In this document: positions 13,001 through 22,550 of the stretch, in pieces
Layout: each line of letters begins with the position of its first letter
Numbering within the stretch: position 1 is the first letter of the stretch
Source of the DNA: Alloascoidea hylecoeti
Taxonomy: Eukaryota
Assembly: GCA_001600815.1 (NCBI GenBank)
Contig: BCKZ01000003.1
Coordinates: forward strand, 624,581 to 688,580
Reading direction: 5' to 3'
DNA: 64,000 bases
Made by a program: the position numbers and the translations under genes
The notes under the pieces: generated by a model
The model's database searches: none
Told to the model about the DNA's origin: nothing
Seen by the model: only the letters and a program-made list of their open reading frames with translations

Positions 13001-13209
13001 ACGACGAAGCCAATTACTCTGTTGAAGATTCGTTAGATGAAAGCGACTCAATTTTAACGTATTTTAAAGAAAAGAATACCCACATCTTCGGAATGTTGTG
13101 AAGTGATAGAAGCACCAATGTTACTAAACGCCGTCGACCTCGACTTTAAAACATCGGAAAGACCAGGCCCATTAGAATGGTTTAAAACAAATCGATTAAT
13201 GTTCGACAT
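10026..13209 (-). CDS. Seven-exon long coiled-coil protein (~921 aa)
   Basis: Reconstructed exons: 13209-13084, 13018-11896, 11831-11612, 11518-11441, 11377-10723, 10673-10530, 10445-10026. All introns are GT..AG and the frame is preserved (2766 nt). Disordered N-terminus, long E/K/L/Q/N-rich coiled-coil centre, basic C-terminus. Confidence 0.75.
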
Positions 13210-13627
13210 CAAGAGGTCCAACGGTGTATAAACTCGATGAGAAAGGTGAGTTTATGAAGAATAGTGATGATGGAAAGGAAACTGGGTCTGGGAGTAATAA
13301 TTTGAGACTAGTTTGACTCATTTAGCTATCGGGTGAAGAGATGTTACGATCATGATCATACATACCCAATATTTGGATCCCACATCATACGAAGTTTACA
13401 AATTTAAAATACAGGTTCTGGATTGAAGTGTGAAAATTTACGATTACCCATTCTTTTGACATCCCTTTTTGCCAGATTCTGCATCTCAGTTACCACATGT
13501 TGAAATAATTAGCTATATGAAGGTCCTTATAATAACCAAAAACAGTGTGTGGATGGATGGTATACCATGGTCATAATCTTATCAAAATATATATTATTGT
13601 GATAATGGCCCCCTTTTTTTTTTTTAC

Positions 13628-15325
13628 ATGAACAGTAAAAATCAAACTAGATGGAAGATGGATCAAGAATATGATTATCAGACCCTAAACTTAAGTGATG
13701 ACGAGGAGTATAATTATCAGATTTCAACCTTAAGTGATGATGAAAATCATTATCAGTTCTTAAACTTAAGTGATAAGGAGTACAATAATCGGGTTACAAG
13801 TTTAAGTAGTGAGGAATATCCCGAAGAGTCTTTTTCACAATCGGATGAAGATATAAATAGTGATAATGATATCCGTTATGATATTGATGATGATATCAAA
13901 TTAGATTGCACCAACGATGACGACAAATTTGATAATTTAGAATATAAATCTGTTGATATTGAAGAGCTAGATGATATGAGAGCAGAAACAATTGCTAACC
14001 TGTCCAGTATTATTGGAGAGAATTATTCAACAACTACAAAATTATTGATAGAAAACTCATGGAATTTAGAGGAGATTATTGAATCTATTTTTGAAGATAG
14101 AGAGGAATACTTAATTGAAGCGGGAGTTGCTGAATGGGAAATAGATAGTGAATCAACTGCACCAACTTCAAACATTGCTGCTGCAAAAGCTTCAGCTGTT
14201 TTCGTATGTAACATATGTTATGATGATGAATGTTCAAATACATTTTCTTTATCATGTGGTCATGAATACTGCTATGATTGTTCTCAACAATATGTTAAAA
14301 CAAAAATTGAAGAAAGAAGTAGTCCAAGTATTCGATGTATTAATACATCCTGTTCAATTGCATTTGATGAAGAAGACATTCATAGAATACTAGATGAAAA
14401 TTCATTTGAAAAATATCATCGTTATATAAATCAGAATTTTGTCATTTGCACTAAGACTTTAAAATATTGCATCCATAAAGATTGTGAACAAGTTATTGAA
14501 TGTAATATTCATAAAGATTTTCAACTTGATAAAATACTACCATTGGTTAGTTGTCAACACGGGCATAAACAATGTTTTCACTGTTCCACGGAGCAGGATC
14601 ACTCGCCATTGCCTTGTAAATACGTTCAAAAGTGGAGTTTAGTCGCAAACAGTGATCTCATATCCTCAAGGTTTATCCTAGACAATACGAAATCATGTCC
14701 TAGTTGTCGTTCACCAATAGAAAAGAATGGAGGTTGTGAACACATGAAATGCTTAATCTGTAATTATGAATTCTGCTGGAAATGCTTTCAAAATTGGCGT
14801 AGGCATATTAATTGTTCAGTTTCCAATACTTCAAATGGTTTTACAACCCAATCACTAGAAGAACCGAGACAAAAACTTCAAAGACAAATTCGTTACCTTG
14901 ATCGTTTTAAACATCATAAAGAATCTTTAAAATCATATGAAGAAATAATAAAAAACATTGAGACAAAATTAGGTAAATTATATGAAACAGGTACAGATAA
15001 AATCGATATTCAATTTATAAAAGATTCAATAAAAACTTTACAAAGTTGTATGAATACTTTAATATGGACATATCCATTTATATATTTCTTACCAACTGGT
15101 ACAAATTCAACTGCAATATTTGAAGACAGTCAAGAGAATTTAGAAATTGCTATTCAAAATTTTAGAGAATTATTTTCAACACCTGTTATTGAATTTAAAA
15201 ATAAAGATTGTAATCTTAAATTTATAGATTGTGGTAGAAGACTTAAAAATCTAAGAGATAATGTTCGGAATTATGCTTTAGATGGACTTCGAGATGGAAG
15301 TTGGGAACTAAACTTGAATAATTGA
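13628..15325 (+). CDS. Ariadne-type RBR E3 ubiquitin ligase (ARI1/HEL1 family)
   Basis: Acidic N-terminus; RING1 CNICYD...CGHEYCYDC; IBR; RING2 CPSCRSPIEKNGGCEHMKC...FCWKC with the catalytic Cys; helical Ariadne domain (TLIWTYPFIY..FEDSQENLE). Confidence 0.9.
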   Translation: MNSKNQTRWKMDQEYDYQTLNLSDDEEYNYQISTLSDDENHYQFLNLSDKEYNNRVTSLSSEEYPEESFSQSDEDINSDNDIRYDIDDDIKLDCTNDDDKFDNLEYKSVDIEELDDMRAETIANLSSIIGENYSTTTKLLIENSWNLEEIIESIFEDREEYLIEAGVAEWEIDSESTAPTSNIAAAKASAVFVCNICYDDECSNTFSLSCGHEYCYDCSQQYVKTKIEERSSPSIRCINTSCSIAFDEEDIHRILDENSFEKYHRYINQNFVICTKTLKYCIHKDCEQVIECNIHKDFQLDKILPLVSCQHGHKQCFHCSTEQDHSPLPCKYVQKWSLVANSDLISSRFILDNTKSCPSCRSPIEKNGGCEHMKCLICNYEFCWKCFQNWRRHINCSVSNTSNGFTTQSLEEPRQKLQRQIRYLDRFKHHKESLKSYEEIIKNIETKLGKLYETGTDKIDIQFIKDSIKTLQSCMNTLIWTYPFIYFLPTGTNSTAIFEDSQENLEIAIQNFRELFSTPVIEFKNKDCNLKFIDCGRRLKNLRDNVRNYALDGLRDGSWELNLNN

Positions 15326-17419
15326 TCATATGGATTATAGAAAATCATTTTGCTCCGTTTACATTTATTATCCCATATGTTAATTCTTTTGATGTTCTCT
15401 CTTTTTCAGATATTTGATTTTGGATAGCATAAATTTCAACCCACAACTATTTAATTATTCTTTTTATATTGAGACTGGTGGTAATGAATTCCAATTGAGT
15501 ATGTTTCCTATTATAGGGTAAACAAAGGAATATAAAAGTTGATAAAAAGTTATAAAATATCAACCGATTTGATTATGAATTGAATTTCTTTTTAAAAATT
15601 GGGAGTTGTGTTTATGCGATTATTCTTGTAAATATTAAATAGGTTCCTGAATTGGCGTCATTCTTTGACTTCTTAACTATGTGACAATCCTGTTATATTT
15701 CAGAATTATTATTTGTTGTTGAACTTGTTGGTGTTGTATTAAAGACCATGGACAATTTTAACATGATGTTAGTATGCAATGGGGATATAAATTACCATAT
15801 CTAGTAAGTATGTATAGTTGCAGATTAAAATAATGTTCAGAGCCAAATATGGTAATATAGTGATTAAATCAAAGACTCAATGGCCACTACCAATGGTCCA
15901 CCATAGCCAGTTCATATACCTTGAATGATAATTATAATGAATAAGCTTATGATGGAGATGCAGCGGAGCGGAGAGGAAAATCAAATATGTAGTTCATCCT
16001 ATGGTTTGTTCTTAAAACTCATTTTGGAAGTTATATTACCTTATATGTATCAAACAATTCGAAAACAGCAGAAGACAATTGGAAGTAGCCTACATACAAC
16101 TACATCAATATTTAATAGAATACCATATGATTGGTTGTCTTGATTAAAATCGGGATTGATCAATTGCAAATATTAGCTTTAGATTTTCATAACCTTCGAT
16201 GTATCTGTGGCAGTTAATTATATAGCTGGGTTTCTAACCATAGCAAATCTGATTATAAAGTTTTGCAATTGGCCTTATACTTATACTTATCTTTTTTGCA
16301 ATTCTTCCATATTCATTATTCACCTTTAAATTAAATTTAAACTTTCCCTGAAACTTCTCCGTAACAGCAGAATATTGTGCGTTTCTGGTCTTATACTGTT
16401 TTTTTGTAGTTCTCTTATTAGATCTCAGGAAGATTACTTTGTCCTTCAGTCAGTTGGTTTGGATCAGCAATTCCAGTGATTGTTAACGAAACGAAACTAC
16501 AGAGACCACAACATGCAGAAGCAATGAGGTCAAAGTTGTAATTAAGACTATCGCTCGTTTTTGAAGAATAATCAGCCTCATAAATTTAAACCAAATAAAA
16601 AGAACTAGATAATCCACGTTCTGTATTTGGGAGTAAATGCTACTAGCCCTAACTGTAACAACTTTAGAGATTAAATATAGCATCCTCAAAAAATTTTGTG
16701 ATATAGCTTTATATGGATTTTCAACCATAAATCTTGCAAGTGGCCGTTAATGGAAGTGTGGGTTTAACCTTCTTCATCCAATTGGCTACTTGCAAGATTT
16801 ATGGTTGAAAATGGGATTAAGCAAGCCGTTGGTAAAGATGTTTTATATTCCGGCTATGTAGTACAGGATACCAAGGTGAACCGTATAGCCATGGAGCCTT
16901 CGAGTTGGACCTCTAATTCCCATCTGAACGACGATAAGTTTGCCAAAAAGGATGAGGAAATATCAATGGGGAATGGCGAGATTTCAAGCACCGGGAATAT
17001 GATTCGTATATAATGAAGAGGAGGGTTATAATTATTATGATATTGATGGCGAAACAATGCTCAGCTCCAACCTCTAGCCCACATAATTTTGCTATAATTA
17101 GCAGTAGTTTATTCCATGGCTGGTTTGTTTACGGATAATTATAATAGGGTAGAAATATAACTGTATCTAGCTAATAAGGGCGGACGCATCCCAACATATT
17201 CCTACTTAAACACACATTGTCCTGGAGACTTCACCAATTGTGATGATTATTTGTATGCATGTAGAGAAGAAAACAAAATGTATGAGAATAAATTGTTAAT
17301 TAATAAATTGGAAATAAACTGAAAAGAAACTGAAAATAAACAGGGGGCAGACCGTATAAATAAGTCAATTCATCCACCTCCTCCTTCTCTTCTTCTTCTC
17401 TCCATTCATTATTGCTATC

Positions 17420-20400
17420 ATGTCCACTCCTGCTGATAGAGATGCTCCTGTTCTAGTCGTCGGCGGAGGCGCCTATGGCTTATCCACAACTTTATGGTTA
17501 TTGAGGGAAAACTTCAAGGATGTTACTGTTGTAGACCCACACCTATCCTCCCTAATGAAAGGTACTTCTACTCCTTCTCAATTCAAAGCTTTACAAACAT
17601 CTGGTCCCGGTGAAGATCTGATTGTTCTCTACTACAAACATGAGGAAGTTAAAAGAAGCGCAAATGGAAATGTTTATACCGAAGAGGTTTTCAAATCTTT
17701 CCCACCTCCCGGTGCTGTTAATCCAAAGCCTTATCTCAAAGACCAAGTAATTAAACACGACAGATATGGTAATGTTGTCAGAGAAGATGTTTACAATCCA
17801 ATTTCCATCCCTAATCCAATCGATGAACTGTTTTATAAGCATGTAGTCGTTAAACAACTCCCAGATGGTTCATATTTTGAAGAAGAATCTTATAAACCTT
17901 TCCCACCTAAAGACAAATATAATCCACAGTCTTTCGTCAAAGTAATTGTAAGCAAAAAAGATCAATTTGGCAATGATATAAAAGAGGAAATCTTTTTACT
18001 TTCTTCTCAATTACCATCAACTCCTCATCCTTCAAAAGTTAAACCGGAATTCTTCTATAAACATGAGGATTTGAAATTAGCTTCTGATGGTTCCTACTTC
18101 AAAGAGGAAAGTTTCAAACCTTACCCTCCAAAGAATGTTGTCAATCCAATAAGGTACATTAAAGAATTAACTGTTAAATATGTTAATGGTGAAATTGTCA
18201 AAGAGGAGAACTTTAAAAAGTTCAATCCCATTGAAACAACGACAGTTTATGACGACAGTGAAATTGTCAGAGAAGAAGAGTATATTCATCCTTCAACAAT
18301 TGAAACAACAACTGTTGTAACTCCAGGTGCTCCAGTCACTACTACTGCTACTACTGTTTCAGGTCATCCTTCAGTTCCTGTTAAAGTTTCTTCTTACAAT
18401 CCTGAGCCAGTACCTGAATTATTCTTCAAACATGAAGTAGTAAAACAAGCTTCAGATGGTTCTTACTTTAAGGAGGAAACGTACAAACCTTTCCCACCAA
18501 AGGGTGCTGTATCCCCTCCAGCTTATGTCAAAGATGTCATCATAAAGACTGATAAGTTTGGTAATACAACCAAGGAAGAAATTTATAAACTCTATAAACC
18601 AAAGCCAAAACCTGAATTATTTTACAAGCACAAAGAAATTAAACATTTACCAAATGGTTCAGTTATTGAAGAAGATGTTTATAAGAATTACCCACCTCAT
18701 GGTATTGTTAATCCGCCAGCTTATATCAAAGAAGTTATATTAAAGAATGATGAATTTGGTAATGTTGTAAAAGAAGATGTTTATAAATTCTATAATCCAA
18801 AACCCGAATTATTCTATAAACATGAAGAAATTAAAAAATCAAGTGATGGTTCAATCTATAAAGAAGAAACTTATAAATCTTATCCACCTATTGGTTCTCA
18901 AAATCCTTCTGCTTATGTTAAAGAAATTGTTTCAAAATATGATAAATATGGTAATGTTATTAATGAAGAAATTTATAAACTTTATAAACCAAAATCATCC
19001 CCTGAATATTTCTATAAACATGAAGAGTTGAAGAGAGCTTCTGATGGTAGTGTTTTTAAAGAAGAAATTTATAAACCTTTCCCTCCTGTTGGAGCAATTA
19101 ATCCTCAGACTTATATTAAAGACATTATCTCAAAAACTGATAAGTTTGGTCATGTGATTAATGAAGAAATCTACAAACCTTTCCCACCACGTAACCCAGC
19201 TACTGTCACCACAAAATCAGATGAATTCTACTTTCAACATGAAGTTGTAAAACAAGATCCAGTTGATGGTACTTATTATAAGGATATTGATTACAAACCA
19301 TATCCTCCCGCAGGCGCAATCAACCCACAAGCTTATGTTAAGGAAATTGTTTCAAAACCTGATGAGTATGGCCATATTGTAGAAAAGGAGATTTTCAAGC
19401 CTGTTCCATCTCCTGTTACAATTGATTCAGTAACTGAAATTAAGCATGATGAACATATTGAATTCTTTTATAAGCATGAAGAAATTAAACAAGCTCCTGA
19501 TGGAAAATACTTCAAGGAAGAAACTTATAAACCTTTCCCCCCTGCTGGTTCAGTCAATCCTCCAAAATATGTTAAAGATTTCATCGTTAAGACTGATAGT
19601 AGAGGTAAGACAATTAGAGAAGTTATATTTAAACCATATGCTCCTAAATCTATCGTTGAAGTTAAGGCTCCTGTTGAAGTTGTTGATGAATATTTCTATA
19701 AACATGAAAAGATATCTCAAGGCCCAGATGGAAAATACTACAAAGAGGAAACTTATAAACCATTCCCACCAGTTGGTGTCCCACATCCACAAAAATATGT
19801 TAAAGATTTTGTAATTAAAACAGATCATAATGGTCAATCTTATAGAGAAGAAATCTTTAAGATTATTGATGCTCCTCTCCCAACACCAAAGGAATTCTTT
19901 TATTTACATGAAGTTGTTAAACAAGCTCCAAATGGTTCATACTACAAGGAAGAATCTTATAAACCTTTCCCACCTGCTGGTGCCGTTAATCCTAAGAAGT
20001 TTGTGAAGGAAATTGAAGTTAAGGAAAGCATTGCTGGCAAGGTTTATGAAAAAGAAGTATTTAAACCTTTTAATCCAGTTGTTAAAGAAACAAAAATCAT
20101 TGAAAGTCCTAATGGTGTTATCACCAAAGAGGAGAAATATTCTGCTCCAGTTTCTTTACCTGAACCTGTTACATCTGTTAAAACTGTTTATTATTATAAG
20201 TATCACAATTTGAGACAAGGACCTGATGGTAAATATTATAAGGAAGAATTCTATAAGACTACTCCTCCGGATGGTATTCCAAATCCACAACCATACATTA
20301 AAGATGAAATTGTTAAGCAAGGACTTGATGGTAAATTTTATAAAGAAGAAGTTTATAAGGTAGCTGAATTACCTGATTTATTCTTCAAGCATTCTGAAAT

Positions 20401-21625
20401 TAAACAAAGACCAGATGGTTCTTACTTTAAGGAAGAAGTTTATAAACGATTCCCTCCTGCTGGTTCAGTCAATCCACAACCATTTGTTAAAGATGAAGTG
20501 GTTAAGCCAGATATTCATGGTGTCTTAACTAAGACTGAAGTATATAAAGCTTATTATGGTCCTGTTCCTCCAATTGTTAAAGATTTTGGTACAAATCCAC
20601 ATGTTGTTTATAAAGAGGCTGGTCCAGATGGTTACACAGTTTTGAATGAAGAAGCTTACAAATTATGGAAGACTGATCCTGTTTTCAAAGATAACTTTAA
20701 TGAAACTGATGTTTTCTTTATTAAGCCAGCTGATGAGACAATTATTCAAAAACATAGTGGTCCATCTACAACAACAACAGTTGTCACATCTGCACCAATT
20801 ACAAGAGTTAAGAGTGAATTTGTTGCTCAAAGTGAAAAACCATTGGACAGTTTGAAATCAGTTTATGAAGAATGTGTAAGACTTGGTGCTAAATTTGTAC
20901 CTGATAAAGTATCATCATTAGTTTTTGATAAATCAAATAATGTTAAAGGTGCTGTAACTGATCATGGTATCACTTTACCTGCTTCAAGAACTGTTATATC
21001 TGCTGGTGCATCATTTGTTGATGTTTTGGATTTTAAGAGTCAAGTCATTCCAAAATATTGGTCAACAGCTCATATTAAAGTAACACCAGAAGAAGCAAGA
21101 ATATTAAGAGAAATGCCAGTTTTATTAAATTTAGAAAAAGGATTCTTTGTTGAACCTGAATTAAATGGTGATGTTAAAGTTTATTTTGAATTCCCTGGTA
21201 ATTATACAAGTGTTAAAAATATTCCAGTTTCAACTGAAAATCAACCATTACCTTTTGCTGTTGAAAGACAAATTAGAGATTATTTAAGAGAAACTTTACC
21301 ACAATTATCAACTAGACCATTTGAAGATACTAAATTGGGATGGTACACTGATGTTCCAAATAAACATTTCTTAATTGGTGAACATCCTGAATATAAAGGT
21401 TTAATTTTAGGAACTGGTGATTCAGGTTATGGATTAAAATATTTACCAGTTATTGGAAAATATATTGCTTCTGTTGTTGAGTATGGTGATGATGCTTTGG
21501 ATTCTGATTTAAAGAATAGTTGGAAATGGAAACCAGAACCTGTTGAAATTAGGGAAATTGGTCCTGATGGTGAAGCTGGTTTCTTTAGACATATTAATGG
21601 TATTAAAGTATGGTCTAAAATTTAA
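17420..21625 (+). CDS. Fructosyl-amino-acid/sarcosine/pipecolate oxidase-family protein with a ~1000-aa internal tandem-repeat insertion
   Basis: N-terminal VLVVGGGAYGLST...DVTVVD Rossmann motif. After the repeats come LNEEAYKLWKTDPVF, EECVRLGAKF, RTVISAGA, PVLLNLEKGFFVEP and WYTDVPNKHFLIGEHPEYKGLILGTGDSGYGLKYLPVIG, all typical of fungal amadoriases. C-terminus SKI. Confidence 0.85.
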   Translation: MSTPADRDAPVLVVGGGAYGLSTTLWLLRENFKDVTVVDPHLSSLMKGTSTPSQFKALQTSGPGEDLIVLYYKHEEVKRSANGNVYTEEVFKSFPPPGAVNPKPYLKDQVIKHDRYGNVVREDVYNPISIPNPIDELFYKHVVVKQLPDGSYFEEESYKPFPPKDKYNPQSFVKVIVSKKDQFGNDIKEEIFLLSSQLPSTPHPSKVKPEFFYKHEDLKLASDGSYFKEESFKPYPPKNVVNPIRYIKELTVKYVNGEIVKEENFKKFNPIETTTVYDDSEIVREEEYIHPSTIETTTVVTPGAPVTTTATTVSGHPSVPVKVSSYNPEPVPELFFKHEVVKQASDGSYFKEETYKPFPPKGAVSPPAYVKDVIIKTDKFGNTTKEEIYKLYKPKPKPELFYKHKEIKHLPNGSVIEEDVYKNYPPHGIVNPPAYIKEVILKNDEFGNVVKEDVYKFYNPKPELFYKHEEIKKSSDGSIYKEETYKSYPPIGSQNPSAYVKEIVSKYDKYGNVINEEIYKLYKPKSSPEYFYKHEELKRASDGSVFKEEIYKPFPPVGAINPQTYIKDIISKTDKFGHVINEEIYKPFPPRNPATVTTKSDEFYFQHEVVKQDPVDGTYYKDIDYKPYPPAGAINPQAYVKEIVSKPDEYGHIVEKEIFKPVPSPVTIDSVTEIKHDEHIEFFYKHEEIKQAPDGKYFKEETYKPFPPAGSVNPPKYVKDFIVKTDSRGKTIREVIFKPYAPKSIVEVKAPVEVVDEYFYKHEKISQGPDGKYYKEETYKPFPPVGVPHPQKYVKDFVIKTDHNGQSYREEIFKIIDAPLPTPKEFFYLHEVVKQAPNGSYYKEESYKPFPPAGAVNPKKFVKEIEVKESIAGKVYEKEVFKPFNPVVKETKIIESPNGVITKEEKYSAPVSLPEPVTSVKTVYYYKYHNLRQGPDGKYYKEEFYKTTPPDGIPNPQPYIKDEIVKQGLDGKFYKEEVYKVAELPDLFFKHSEIKQRPDGSYFKEEVYKRFPPAGSVNPQPFVKDEVVKPDIHGVLTKTEVYKAYYGPVPPIVKDFGTNPHVVYKEAGPDGYTVLNEEAYKLWKTDPVFKDNFNETDVFFIKPADETIIQKHSGPSTTTTVVTSAPITRVKSEFVAQSEKPLDSLKSVYEECVRLGAKFVPDKVSSLVFDKSNNVKGAVTDHGITLPASRTVISAGASFVDVLDFKSQVIPKYWSTAHIKVTPEEARILREMPVLLNLEKGFFVEPELNGDVKVYFEFPGNYTSVKNIPVSTENQPLPFAVERQIRDYLRETLPQLSTRPFEDTKLGWYTDVPNKHFLIGEHPEYKGLILGTGDSGYGLKYLPVIGKYIASVVEYGDDALDSDLKNSWKWKPEPVEIREIGPDGEAGFFRHINGIKVWSKI
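17624..20560 (+). repeat. Coding tandem array of 13 diverged ~60-70-aa units
   Basis: Unit consensus (E)LFYKHEEIKQAxDGSYFKEExYKPFPPxGAVNPxxYVKExIxKxDxxGxxxKEEIYK, counted 13 times, with variable P/T/V-rich linkers. Confidence 0.9.
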
Positions 21626-22550
21626 TCATGTTATAAAATATTAATATTTGTCATTTTTATTGTTTTTATGAAACTTATTTACTAGTATACGAATACCATT
21701 TATATACCATTATATACCTTCTACAATTACTATAGCTATTAGTATTAAAAGAAAATATTTTTATTTGGAATCTATTTGTAGTTTTGAATATATCATTTGC
21801 TTTAATGTTTTGTAGTGGTAGTGTTTCCAACTTTGATATATGTATTTAAGAGAAATAAAGCTTACCAAAGCTTAATAATTATGGTTGAGGAATATATTGA
21901 ATATGATCAAAAATACAAAATTAGTTATGCATTCGAAATAAATGATAGGGTGGCCCACTTCTACAGTAGTAGCATTTTTCAGTATATTTTCTCTTCCCTA
22001 ATCTACAATTACTAAGTTAAGTAATGATTGCAATAATTTTTAGAAATTTATTGAAAGGTGTCTTTACTCTTGATTGTTGTTCCCTTGGCTCAAAGAACCC
22101 GTCATGCCAATGAGCCTTCATACACTCTAAAACATAAAACCTTATGTGGACCTCGGACGCAATTAATTATCGATATGGAAGATTATAATTATCGCTGAGA
22201 GCTAACTAATCGATTCCTGAAATTTTTACTGATGTTTCTTCGCAATGATAAGAAAATAGATATTAATCTGTAAATTCTATTTCATTTATTGCTACTGTAG
22301 TTCGTAGAATTGATTCCAAAAGTTGCAATTGAGATGCTTCTAATAAATCTCTTCTCAATCGGACTGCAGTTGTCTTACGGAACAATAGTTGTGATCCCTA
22401 TCACAACATCTACACTCTATGGTAGTTATAGGTTTAACCTTTTAATTCTGAATCTAAGCATTTATTATTACTATTTAAATCGTCTTCAATATACATATGC
22501 AGTATAGTAAATTCCCAAGTATTACCATAATATAATCACTTAAGTTATAG

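Noticed and set aside
15900..17060. Several 65-80-aa ORFs upstream of the repeat-oxidase gene
   Set aside because: No recognisable motifs or consistent exon chain.
17624..20560. Repeat insertion as an intein or intron
   Set aside because: No C/S...HN intein termini or homing-endonuclease motifs. The frame is open throughout with conserved amino-acid periodicity, which argues for genuine coding sequence.
17591..20855. Short overlapping or antisense ORFs inside the 1401-aa gene (and similar ones within other genes)
   Set aside because: Shadow frames produced by codon bias; no motifs.
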